DNA of 63,485 bases, the filler included, from an uncultured Gemmatimonadota bacterium (GTDB lineage Bacteria > Blakebacterota > Blakebacteria > Blakebacterales > Blakebacteraceae), in NCBI GenBank assembly GCA_964576115.1. It is 5 parts of 5 records of this genome, joined end to end, with 100 filler letters (N's around TTAATTAATTAA, not from the genome) between each part and the next. Parts side by side here need not be neighbours in the genome. Positions count along the whole stretch, not along the records: positions 15,081 to 29,411 come from CAZNUA010000070.1; 4 more parts are not named here. One strand, given 5' to 3'. Positions 17,650 to 26,750 of the stretch are shown one piece after another. The stretch's first letter is position 1. Every line of letters begins with the position of its first letter. A program made the translations under genes and the position numbers. The notes under the pieces are model-generated. The model saw only the letters and a list, made by a program, of their open reading frames with translations, did no database searches and had not been told where the DNA came from.

Positions 17650-18573
17650 TCAACGCTCCGGGGGCGGCAGGAGCCGGCCGGCGCCGCGACCGCGGCGCAG
17701 AAAGAATCGGGTGGAGTCGGGTACGCTGCCGGCGAGCGGAGGATCGAGCAGGCGATTGCGCCAGCGCAGGTCCTGTACCTGGTCCTGAGGCACCCCGGTT
17801 TCGGCCGGAGGAATCACCCGCTGCAGGTCCCGGAACCGCTGCCGGGGCAGGTCGGGAACCGCCGGAATCGAGTAATACCCGTAACCGGCTCCCCGCCCGC
17901 CCCAGGCGCCCCGTCCACCTAAAGCGCTTCGTCCGCCCCAGGCACTTTGTCCGGCCCAGGCGCCCCGTCCGCCCCAGGCACCCCGTCCGCCCCGACCGGC
18001 GTGGCCCCAACCGGCGCGACCGCCGCTGCCCAGGCCGCCACCGAGGATCATGTTTCGTCCCAGGCCGGGGCGATTCATCTGGTTCGCGATCCGGCGGCTG
18101 TATGGAGCCACCTGCAGACCTGTCTGTAAACGGTCGTACGGAGCCGCCCGCAGACCTGTCTGCAAGCGGCCCAGAGCGGCCCCGGCTCCCACCTGCAGGC
18201 GGTTAGCGAGCAGGGCGCGCTGTTCTTCGGTCAACACCTCGGCCAGTTCGCGTTCGTGCTCGAGTTCCCTGACGGTCCAGGCGTTCTCGAGGGCGGCGAG
18301 ATCGTTGAGAGCCTGTTCGAGCCGGCGCGGATCGACCCGGCGGTCGGCCCGCAGGGCCGCGACTTCGGCTCTTTGCCGGATCAGTTCGGCCCAGGCTTGT
18401 TCGTCGGCTTCGCGGTGTCGGGTACGCAGATCCTGCAATTGAGCCTGTTGGGCCTCGGTCAATCCCAGACGTCCGAAGGCCAGCACCCCGACCCGGTTCT
18501 GAGCTGCAACGCTATCGGGGAGGGTGCCCGCGAGCAGGAAAGCGCCCATCATGATGATCATTCCCTGTTTCAT
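17650..18573 (-). CDS. Spy/CpxP-like (LTxxQ) periplasmic protein with low-complexity repeat tail
   Basis: Signal peptide, LGLTEAQQAQL and VLTEEQRA motifs, Gly/Arg/Trp repeats. Confidence 0.8.
   Translation of the reverse strand: MKQGMIIMMGAFLLAGTLPDSVAAQNRVGVLAFGRLGLTEAQQAQLQDLRTRHREADEQAWAELIRQRAEVAALRADRRVDPRRLEQALNDLAALENAWTVRELEHERELAEVLTEEQRALLANRLQVGAGAALGRLQTGLRAAPYDRLQTGLQVAPYSRRIANQMNRPGLGRNMILGGGLGSGGRAGWGHAGRGGRGAWGGRGAWAGQSAWGGRSALGGRGAWGGRGAGYGYYSIPAVPDLPRQRFRDLQRVIPPAETGVPQDQVQDLRWRNRLLDPPLAGSVPDSTRFFLRRGRGAGRLLPPPER
17884..17991 (-). repeat. 6 x 18-nt coding tandem repeat (GGRGAW hexapeptide)
   Basis: Plus-strand unit CCAGGCGCCCCGTCCGCC and variants. Confidence 0.9.
18100..18171 (-). 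repeat. 2 x 36-nt coding repeat (xRLQTGLxxAPY)
   Basis: GRLQTGLRAAPY DRLQTGLQVAPY. Confidence 0.85.
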
Positions 18574-18676
18574 CGTTTCATCCTTTCCCTGATATCAGCG
18601 GCACCCCCGAGCCGCATGATTCATTACTTCGACCCCGCCGGACGTTCCCGGCGTTCGGCGTCTGGGGACAGAATAC

Positions 18677-20761
18677 TCAACGGGTGGGCGGTGAGGTGTC
18701 GAGAACGAGAAAGAGCAATTCCCGGGCGACCTCAGTTGCGCTACGGATATCGTACACCCGTACCCGCAGCCTGTACAGGCCCTCTGGGTGATCACTCAGG
18801 GATAGCTCGAGCCGATGCCTCGCCGGGGCGCGCGGAGTGCGATCGGTGGTCTGGACCGAGACAACGGGAGTGCCGCGGGTCAACCCCAGCAGAGCGGCGA
18901 CCGAAGAGGTGATCTCCGCGGGCAGGGTGTGCGAACCCGGCTCGGGAAAGATCTCGTAGGTGAGTTCGTATTCGGCCACCCCGGCAGCATCCCGGTCGAG
19001 ATGATAGATCTCGAAATAGAGACTGAAGGGGCGTTCGCGATCGAAGACCGTCGCCGGCTGGGGCAGATAGGGGATTCCCTCGGCGCTCAGATGCTGTTCC
19101 CAGACTCCCGGGCTATCGGCCGCAGCCAGGACCAGGTCGCTCAGGCTCAATCCCGGGCCCGAGAAATCGCGCACGGTCAGCTCCTCGGCTTCGATGCTGC
19201 CGTACCGTCCGCTGGCACGGTCGGCCAGGAAACCCGCCAGCCCGTATTCGCCCGGTTCGGCGGTCAGAGCCAGGGCCTCGATGAACCGCAGCGATCGCTG
19301 CAGGCGGGTTGCTTCACCCGACCGGATCGTGCGGGAACGTTCGGCTTCGACGGCGACGGCTCCGGCCTGGTCGGTCAGCAGGACCTGGGTCAGCAGGGTG
19401 GCCGACGGGATCGAATCGGCCATCGTGCCGCGCAGCTCGATGACCGGGATCGAAAACGCGGCGTGCAGCCGGGTCCGGCCGTCCGGAGCCCTGAACTGGG
19501 CGATTTGAAAAGCCGGTTCGAGCGGGACCGTTTTCTCCTCGAGTCCGGAGATGACCGGACGCCGGTGTTTGAGAGCGGAGTTCAAATCGCCGCTGCCCGC
19601 CGCAAGCTGGTATCCGCTCCCCACGGTCGTCTCCATGAAGCGGAACAGAATGCCCTCGCTACGGTAGATCCAGAATTCAAATCGGTTCACACCGCGCGGA
19701 GCTTCGAAATCGGGATTGAAGAACGAGGTGAAATCGCCCGATTCCCAGGCCCCCATCGGCACTTCGAGGTCGAGCAGGAGCTGGCGCCAGCGGGACTGGA
19801 ACTCACCGTCGAGAATCATGTTCAGACTCAATCCCGAGGTCGAGGTCACCTGGTACTCGGGCGGTCCGTAGCGGATGAGGAGTTCGGCGCGGATATCGAT
19901 CTGGCGGTCGGAACGACCGAACCGCGTCCGTGCTTCGGCAATCCGCCAGATATGCTCGAGGAAACGATGAGAGTAGCCATCGAGCCGATCCCCCCCCCGC
20001 CGAGCCCAGTAACGCCGCCGGTACAGATCCCGCTCCCCGGGTGTCATGGCGCGGTAACGTTCGGCTTCTTCGGTTGCGAGCAGTGGGTCCAGATCGGAGA
20101 TCATCTGGCGCCCGTCGGGAGGAAGCATGGCCAGGTAGCGACGGGCTACCAGGGCCGCCGCCCCCCAGGCCTCCTGACGCAGATAGAGCTGCAGGAGGGG
20201 CCGGTAGATACGTTCATCGTCGGGGAAGTTCACCAGGGCAGTCGAGGCAAGCTCTTCGGCCAGATCCCACTGCCTGAGGTCGGCGGCGAGTTCGAGCAGG
20301 CCGACGAGCGCTTCGGTGTGCCCGGGATCGATCTGAAGCTGGCGATCGAAATCGGTTCCCGCCCGGGTGCTGTCCTGCAGTCCTTCCAGGTACGCACGGC
20401 CGCGCAGGTAGTACAGATCGCTCTGTGAGGGATTGAGTTCGGCCACCCGATCGAAGGCCCGCACCGCAGTCTGAGCCCGCGACTCCCGGAACCCCTCCTC
20501 CATCAGCACCAGTGCGGCCCGTCCGAGCACCATCCAGGCAGCCACGTTCTCGGGCTGACGCCGCGTCAGCCGCCGGGCCAGCCGCAGGGCGGTTTCGGTT
20601 TCGCCTTCTGCCAGGGCCGTGCGGGCTTGAGCAACGGGATCGTCCTGACGGGCCTGACCGGTTGCAGGCACCGCGCTCACGACCCCCACCCCGACCGCCA
20701 GGCAGACCGCGGCCACGAAAGACCCGTTTCCCGGATGTCGTCTGTTGAAATGGGTCATCAT
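18677..20761 (-). CDS. Exported TPR-repeat protein with a degenerate GWxTD-like domain
   Basis: Signal peptide, TPR helices, EEAERY...RRRYW...EHIWRIAEARTRF...IRYGPP, C-terminal YFEIYHL Ig-like module. Confidence 0.75.
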   Translation of the reverse strand: MMTHFNRRHPGNGSFVAAVCLAVGVGVVSAVPATGQARQDDPVAQARTALAEGETETALRLARRLTRRQPENVAAWMVLGRAALVLMEEGFRESRAQTAVRAFDRVAELNPSQSDLYYLRGRAYLEGLQDSTRAGTDFDRQLQIDPGHTEALVGLLELAADLRQWDLAEELASTALVNFPDDERIYRPLLQLYLRQEAWGAAALVARRYLAMLPPDGRQMISDLDPLLATEEAERYRAMTPGERDLYRRRYWARRGGDRLDGYSHRFLEHIWRIAEARTRFGRSDRQIDIRAELLIRYGPPEYQVTSTSGLSLNMILDGEFQSRWRQLLLDLEVPMGAWESGDFTSFFNPDFEAPRGVNRFEFWIYRSEGILFRFMETTVGSGYQLAAGSGDLNSALKHRRPVISGLEEKTVPLEPAFQIAQFRAPDGRTRLHAAFSIPVIELRGTMADSIPSATLLTQVLLTDQAGAVAVEAERSRTIRSGEATRLQRSLRFIEALALTAEPGEYGLAGFLADRASGRYGSIEAEELTVRDFSGPGLSLSDLVLAAADSPGVWEQHLSAEGIPYLPQPATVFDRERPFSLYFEIYHLDRDAAGVAEYELTYEIFPEPGSHTLPAEITSSVAALLGLTRGTPVVSVQTTDRTPRAPARHRLELSLSDHPEGLYRLRVRVYDIRSATEVARELLFLVLDTSPPTR

Positions 20762-20764
20762 TCC

Positions 20765-21934
20765 TCAGTAACTGAATTCGCGGATGTCGTACACGGCCCG
20801 GCGTGGTCCGCCTGCCCGCCATGGCGCCGGAGCCGCGGCGAAGAGTTCCCGCTGCCCGGCGATCTGAGCCGCTGTGAGGGGTTCGATCCCCTCGGCCTCA
20901 GCCTGGAAGACGTACGGCGCCTCGGGCAGGTCCACCAGTTCGCTCAGGTAGAGAATGTCACCCCCGTCGAGCGGCAGGTCCGAGAGAAGAGCGACCGTGT
21001 CGCGCTCGTGGTCGGCCGCAAAGCGGCGACCGCCGGCACCGAGCAGGACGGTCAGACTCACCGCCAGCCCGCCCGCCTTCATGGCCCGGACGGCCGCAGC
21101 CGCATCTGCGGCCCGCCCCGGCTTGCCCAGCCACGTCAGCAGGGGATCGTGCCCCGATTCCAGGCCGATGCAGACGCGCACGAGTCCCAGAGAGCGGAGC
21201 CGCCGGTAATCCGCCTCACTGCGCTGCGCCCCGGTGAAGGCATCGAGGAACGAGTGCATGTTGGTCCCGAACTGCGGGCGCCCGGTATAGTGGGCCCCGA
21301 CCTCTTCCAGAAGGGGGATCAGGGTTGCCGGCGGTAGCGCCAGGGCATTGGCATCGCCCAGAAAGAGACTGCGCCGCAGTCCCGCCCCCCGCCCCATGAA
21401 CCCGTCCACCTGCTGCAGATGATCACGCAGCTGTTCGGGTGTTTTGACCCGGTAGGGAATATCGCGGTAGAAGCCGCAGAAGGTACAGGTATTGAAGGCA
21501 CAGCCGTGGGTCAGCTGCACCAGGAGAGCCAGATACTGATCGGGGGGCAGGATGCCGACCGGGGTCCAGATCTCGGCGAAACGCCCGGCTTCGGCTTCGA
21601 GGGCGGTGCCGTCCCGCGCGGCGGTACGGGCCAGCAGTTCGCCCAGCTCCGCCGTGCCCGCGGGTTCTTCCTCTGACCCGATCCGGTGCAGATCCCGGTC
21701 GAGATCGGGTCCGGTCTCGAACAGCGGCGCCAGGCGCCGCCGGGTTCTGTTCCACAGCCCGACCGCTTCATCGAGATCGAGCCAGCGGTAACGTCGCGCT
21801 CCGTCCGTAGCGCGGGTGACGCTCAGAATCCGGCCGTTCAGTCCCCAGCGGCAGGTGCAGGCACCGTCGATGAGACGCCAGGGCCGCCCTTCGCGGTCAA
21901 GGGCCAGAACCAGATGCGGATCGAGGGCGATCAC
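20765..21934 (-). CDS. Radical SAM protein (CxxxxCxxC) with an extra N-terminal domain
   Basis: QLTHGCAFNTCTFC, FLGDANAL, IGLESGHDPLL. Confidence 0.9.
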   Translation of the reverse strand: MIALDPHLVLALDREGRPWRLIDGACTCRWGLNGRILSVTRATDGARRYRWLDLDEAVGLWNRTRRRLAPLFETGPDLDRDLHRIGSEEEPAGTAELGELLARTAARDGTALEAEAGRFAEIWTPVGILPPDQYLALLVQLTHGCAFNTCTFCGFYRDIPYRVKTPEQLRDHLQQVDGFMGRGAGLRRSLFLGDANALALPPATLIPLLEEVGAHYTGRPQFGTNMHSFLDAFTGAQRSEADYRRLRSLGLVRVCIGLESGHDPLLTWLGKPGRAADAAAAVRAMKAGGLAVSLTVLLGAGGRRFAADHERDTVALLSDLPLDGGDILYLSELVDLPEAPYVFQAEAEGIEPLTAAQIAGQRELFAAAPAPWRAGGPRRAVYDIREFSY

Positions 21935-22021
21935 GAGGCTCTCCGCGCTCAGGCGCAGAACCGGTGCGACACCTTCGATCTCTTGCTGCCAGATCCAGTA
22001 TCCGATGGTACCCCCGGATTC

Positions 22022-22876
22022 CTACTTCTTGACCAGAGTGGCGGAGGATATGAGGGTGAGCGGCAGATCCATACCCGCCACCGCAATGCCACCCTCCAGG
22101 TTTCCCTTGCTTTCGGCGCCCAACATCATGGCCGTGCCCCGGGCCACCCAGATGGTACCCCGACCGGTCCCGCTCAGGACCAGATCCATCGGCATCCCGC
22201 CGGTCTCGCCGGTACCACTCATGGCCGATTCGGACACGAGGTCGATTATCCAGGCCTCCATACCGGCGTACTCCGTTGCTTCGCGGCAGATATAGCGTTC
22301 CACCGTGGTGACCTGCAGTTCGGTGCCGTCCATCTGGGTGAAATGCAGTTCGCTCTCACGGCTCCACTCCGCCCCGACCTGCAGACCGCCTTCGGGGAGA
22401 GTCAGAAAAAGGCCCTGCAGCTGTTCGGTGAAGGGCTCGACCCCGCCCGAATCCTCGATGAAGCCGTTCTGCTCCAGGCCGGTCGCCGAGATGATCTCGC
22501 CCCGCTCATCGAGTGTGACGGCGCATTCCAGCCCCACCAGGGCGCTGATATCGGGAACCTCCGCCCCCATCATCTCGGCATCGCTCGAGGCGACCGCCTC
22601 GGTCACGGTGATCGTGAACTGTCGCGGTCCGGCGGCCGCGACGGTCATGTCGAGCGTGCTCGATTCGTTCGTCACCTGACTGCCCTGACCGGGAATGTCG
22701 ACCTGCTGGGATTGTCCGCTCGTCAGAACATAGGCTACTGTCGTCTCCCCCGGCCAGACATGGGCGGCCCCGGCACCCCCTGCGCTCCCCCGCCCGCCGG
22801 CGGCACAACCCGCTGCCAGCAACCCCGCAGCCGCCAGCACCACCGACAGGTAACAGCTTCTCCTCTTCATTCTCAT
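22022..22876 (-). CDS. Hypothetical beta-rich lipoprotein
   Basis: Lipobox LAAGC after a signal peptide; LPEGGLQVGAEW motif. Confidence 0.75.
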   Translation of the reverse strand: MRMKRRSCYLSVVLAAAGLLAAGCAAGGRGSAGGAGAAHVWPGETTVAYVLTSGQSQQVDIPGQGSQVTNESSTLDMTVAAAGPRQFTITVTEAVASSDAEMMGAEVPDISALVGLECAVTLDERGEIISATGLEQNGFIEDSGGVEPFTEQLQGLFLTLPEGGLQVGAEWSRESELHFTQMDGTELQVTTVERYICREATEYAGMEAWIIDLVSESAMSGTGETGGMPMDLVLSGTGRGTIWVARGTAMMLGAESKGNLEGGIAVAGMDLPLTLISSATLVKK

Positions 22877-22955
22877 GTTCCCCCCTTTTGCTTGCTCTCG
22901 CTTGGTCCGTCCCCCCGCTTCCCGACCCGCACCTGTGCAGCCGGGCCCTTTGTGC

Positions 22956-22980
22956 TAAACCGCCGGCCGGGCCGGCCGTC
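22956..22980 (+). promoter_or_regulatory. Putative ECF-sigma promoter
   Basis: TAAAC-N16-CGTC upstream of the 23054 gene. Confidence 0.3.
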
Positions 22981-23053
22981 ATTACAGCATGAACACTTCC
23001 GGAATTGACCACAACCCCGCAAAGGGTGATCATGCACAATCGCCCGGTTACCC

Positions 23054-25297
23054 ATGACCCTTACGTCCGGATGGATACCAGCCATGCCCGACCGAGCTGC
23101 GGTAAACGCACGTTGCCCGATTCTGCTGCTGGGAGCGGCCTGTCTCAGCCTCACCTGCGTCTCCTGCGCCACACCGACCTCGCAGGATCTCGCCCTGACC
23201 GTAGCGCGAAGCGTTCCGGACGGACGCCAGGAGGAGGTCCGCATCGCCGCTCTACTGGCCGATCCCGCCCAGCGACGCGACATGCGGTCGTCCGCCGATG
23301 TGGGGGCCTGGCTCGATGAATTCTGGCGCGGGATCGATCCCTCTCCCGGAACCCCGGTCAACGAGGCCCTCGGGGTCTATATGCAGCGCTCCTCGTTCAT
23401 GCAGCGGCGCTTCCCCGAGATCGATCCCAACAACTGGCCCGAACTGTGGGTGCTTTTCATGCGCCTCGGTCTGGCCGACTGGCAGGGGCCCGAGTACGTC
23501 ACCTGGGGCCGCGTCACCGAGAAGGGTGAGCGCCGCACCCCCCCGAGCATCGCCGGCGGATTCGAACTGCAACGAATGATTTACGGCACCCCCTACCGCT
23601 TTCAGATCAAGTTCCAGGGAGCCGATATCGAGCCCGATCCCGAGGTGATCATCCCCTGGGATCCCCCTTCACTCGAGGGAGTCTGGGAGATCCTCGAGGG
23701 CGAGGGAGCCTCGCAGATGGAACTGGCCCGGGCGCTGACCAACATCTCGTGGTACGAGATCCCCGGCATATCGCGCCGTCTGCTGGCCATCGACGCCGGG
23801 AAGTTCAGCAGTGTACGTCAGATGTATGAAGAAGCCCTCTACCGGCTTGCCATCCGCTCCGCTTACCTGCAGGAGATCGACGGGATCAGGCGACTGGCGG
23901 CTCTGACCGCGGCCGGTGCCCAGCCCGCCCTGGTGCTGCAGCGGGCCATCGGGGGACAGTATACGGCTGAAACCCTGACGCTGGACCTCTACGGTCTGCA
24001 GGACCGGCGCTATCTGCTGGCCCGGAGCCCGAACCGGGGCCCCCATCCCCGCCTCTGGCGTGATCCCGAGGGACTGCTGGCCGAAATCGTGGAGAACCAC
24101 GGGACCGAGGCTACTCTGACCGGCTGGGACTGGCAGGGAGATGTGATCCTGGCCCTCGGCGCCCCCGCCTTTCTCGACCGGCGGAACCGGAGCGCTCACT
24201 ATCTCTGGGGCACTCCCGAACTGCTCGGCATCGGCGACACGATGATGGGCCGGGTCGATGCCACCCGCCTCGGCGATCCCCTGCAGGCTTTCATCGACGA
24301 GGCCGGCGAGACCATCCAGACGCGCCGCATGATGGCCGGCGAGGCCGCTACCACCCTGACCGGCATCCTGAGCGGGAGCACCGGCAGAAGTGGTAACCGG
24401 ATCACCCGGATGATGCTCGATCAGCTCCACGTTCTGGCTCCGCCGGCGGTCTACAGCGTGGGTCTGCCTCCCGACGCGCTGACCGATCCCATCCCGATCA
24501 CCACCGACATCGTGGCCTTCCCGGCCGCGGGGGATTCGGTCGAGTTGCAGGCGACCTTCGGCATTCCCGCCTGGGCGGTCGGCATGCGCGAGCAGGACGA
24601 ATTCCTCATTACCGATCTGCGTACCAATCTGCTGATCGTGGACCACGAGCTGCGGGCCGTCCACGCGCAGAGCCGGCAGCAGGGATATGTTCTACGTACC
24701 GAAGAAGGTGCCGAAGGCCGGTTTTTCCTCGACACCTATCGCTTCCCGATTCCGGTCGGCTCCTACATCGCCTACCTCTCGGCCGAGGATCCTCTGAGCA
24801 ACACCTCGGGGGGAGTGCTGATGAGCGTCGATCTGTCGGCTTTCGCCGGCAACGAAATCACCGTCTCGCCGATCCTGCTGGCCTCGGAAATCAGGGTGGC
24901 CGAGGAAGAGGGCAAGTTCGTACGGGGGGACGAACTCATCCTGCCTGCCCCCTCGCGGCGCTTCCTCTACGGCGACGAACTCTTCTTTCACTACGAGGTC
25001 AGCAACCTGACCCGCTCCGATGTGGGTGACTACGCCTATTCCGAGTCGCTCTTCATCATCCCGCACGACACCAACGAAGGGATCATCACGGTTTCGAGCG
25101 GGCAGGATATCTCGAGCCTGGATCCGAACATCTCGCGCAGCATGAACATCGATCTCAGCAATCTGGGACGATCGTACGAGGGCGCGGTTTTTCTGGTGGT
25201 GCTGGTCACCGACCGGGAATCGAACGACCAGGCGGTCGGCGCCACCTGGTTGAGCCTGCGCCGCCCGCCCGAGGCCGACACTCCGCCGCCGAACTGA
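23054..25297 (+). CDS. Probable lipoprotein with degenerate GWxTD-like domains
   Basis: Lipobox-like CVSC, FWRGIDPSPGTPVNE, GWDWQGDVILALGAP, C-terminal YEVSNL module; start uncertain (23054 or 23084). Confidence 0.7.
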   Translation: MTLTSGWIPAMPDRAAVNARCPILLLGAACLSLTCVSCATPTSQDLALTVARSVPDGRQEEVRIAALLADPAQRRDMRSSADVGAWLDEFWRGIDPSPGTPVNEALGVYMQRSSFMQRRFPEIDPNNWPELWVLFMRLGLADWQGPEYVTWGRVTEKGERRTPPSIAGGFELQRMIYGTPYRFQIKFQGADIEPDPEVIIPWDPPSLEGVWEILEGEGASQMELARALTNISWYEIPGISRRLLAIDAGKFSSVRQMYEEALYRLAIRSAYLQEIDGIRRLAALTAAGAQPALVLQRAIGGQYTAETLTLDLYGLQDRRYLLARSPNRGPHPRLWRDPEGLLAEIVENHGTEATLTGWDWQGDVILALGAPAFLDRRNRSAHYLWGTPELLGIGDTMMGRVDATRLGDPLQAFIDEAGETIQTRRMMAGEAATTLTGILSGSTGRSGNRITRMMLDQLHVLAPPAVYSVGLPPDALTDPIPITTDIVAFPAAGDSVELQATFGIPAWAVGMREQDEFLITDLRTNLLIVDHELRAVHAQSRQQGYVLRTEEGAEGRFFLDTYRFPIPVGSYIAYLSAEDPLSNTSGGVLMSVDLSAFAGNEITVSPILLASEIRVAEEEGKFVRGDELILPAPSRRFLYGDELFFHYEVSNLTRSDVGDYAYSESLFIIPHDTNEGIITVSSGQDISSLDPNISRSMNIDLSNLGRSYEGAVFLVVLVTDRESNDQAVGATWLSLRRPPEADTPPPN

Positions 25298-25414
25298 CCC
25301 GCCGGGCGGCTTGAGCCCGGCAACGGCAAGCGGGTTGCCCCGGGGGGCGGGCACAACCTAGATTGCCCCCGAAAGGTTCTGTTCCCATTCCATCCGTCAC
25401 CGGAGGGTATCACC

Positions 25415-26599
25415 GTGGATCTGACAGCCATTCAGAACGCTGTCGCCGAGGCCGGTCTCGACGGCTGGCTCTTCTATGACTTTCACAACCGCGACGTCAT
25501 CAGTTACCGGATTCTCGGTATGGATCCCGAGAAGATGACCACCCGGCGGTGGTTCTATTACGTTCCCGCCGAGGGCGAACCGATCCGGCTCTGCCACGGA
25601 GTGGAGTCTAGCCGTCTCGACGAACTGCCAGGTGAGAAGCGGATCTACGTGCGGTGGGAGGAACTGCATGCCGAGCTGAGTCGCCTCTTCGGCTCGGCCA
25701 AAAGAGTCGCCATGCAGTATTCCCCGCAGTGCGACATACCCTATGTCTCGATGGTGGATGCCGGTACGGTCGAACTCATTCGCACCCACGGCGGGGTCGA
25801 GATCGTCTCGAGCGGCAATCTGGTGAGCCGCTTCGAAGCGGTATTCGACGAAGCCGGGGCCGACAGCCACCGGCGGGCAATGGCGATCGTGCTCGGGGTC
25901 AAGGACGAGGCTTTTGCGAGAATCGGCGCGGCTGTGCAGGCCGGCGAGAGTCTGACCGAATACGATATCGCCCGCTTCATCCTCGACCGGTTCGAGGCCG
26001 AGGGACTCGACGCCGGTACCGATGTGCCGATCGTGGGCATCGGCGGCCACCCCGCCGATCCGCACTTCGAGCCGACCCCGGACAACGCCCGGGAGTTCGC
26101 AATGGACCAGACGATCCTGATCGACCTCTGGGCGCGCGAGAAACCGGCCGGATCCATTTACGCCGACGTAACCTGGTGCGGCTACATCGGCCAGAACCCG
26201 CCCGAGGAGTACCTGAAGGTCTGGGACATCGTCTGCCGGGCCCGCGATGCCGGCATCGCGCTGGTGACCGAGCGCTTTACGGCCGACGATCCGGTCGAAG
26301 GGTGGGAGATCGACGACGCCGTGCGTCAGGTGATCGTCGAGGCCGGCTACGGCGATTACTTCATCCACCGGACCGGCCATTCGATCGGGGAAGAGGTCCA
26401 CGGCAACGGCGCCAACATCGACAATTTCGAGACCCGCGACCGGCGCCGCATCCTGCCCGGCACCGCCTTCAGCATCGAGCCGGGTCTGTACTTCGAAGAT
26501 CGTATGGCGGTGCGTACCGAGATCGACGTGCTGGTCACCCCGGCCGGGCAGATCGAGATCGTCGGCGACATCCAGAAGGATCTCATCATGCTGCCCTGA
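25415..26599 (+). CDS. Xaa-Pro peptidase, family M24
   Basis: LIDLW, YADVTW, HRTGHSIG, FSIEPG, VRTE; all five metal ligands intact. Confidence 0.92.
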   Translation: MDLTAIQNAVAEAGLDGWLFYDFHNRDVISYRILGMDPEKMTTRRWFYYVPAEGEPIRLCHGVESSRLDELPGEKRIYVRWEELHAELSRLFGSAKRVAMQYSPQCDIPYVSMVDAGTVELIRTHGGVEIVSSGNLVSRFEAVFDEAGADSHRRAMAIVLGVKDEAFARIGAAVQAGESLTEYDIARFILDRFEAEGLDAGTDVPIVGIGGHPADPHFEPTPDNAREFAMDQTILIDLWAREKPAGSIYADVTWCGYIGQNPPEEYLKVWDIVCRARDAGIALVTERFTADDPVEGWEIDDAVRQVIVEAGYGDYFIHRTGHSIGEEVHGNGANIDNFETRDRRRILPGTAFSIEPGLYFEDRMAVRTEIDVLVTPAGQIEIVGDIQKDLIMLP

Positions 26600-26666
26600 T
26601 CCATGCCGAACGCGCGTGGCTCTACCGCGAAACGGGCGGGCCGGGCTCCGAGCTGGAACCAGTTTG

Positions 26667-26700
26667 AAAAGGGACGCGGCCGTTGGGCCGCGTCCCTTTC
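26667..26700. terminator. Bidirectional intrinsic terminator
   Basis: AAAAGGGACGCGGCC gttg GGCCGCGTCCCTTTC between convergent genes. Confidence 0.8.
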
Positions 26701-26750
26701 CTGTACGATCTGTTCCAACCATCCGGGTGTCGGCGGGCCGGTTCGATCCT

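Noticed and set aside
17884..17991. CRISPR or non-coding repeat interpretation of the 18-nt repeats
   Set aside because: Contiguous, in-frame coding repeats with codon-level variation.
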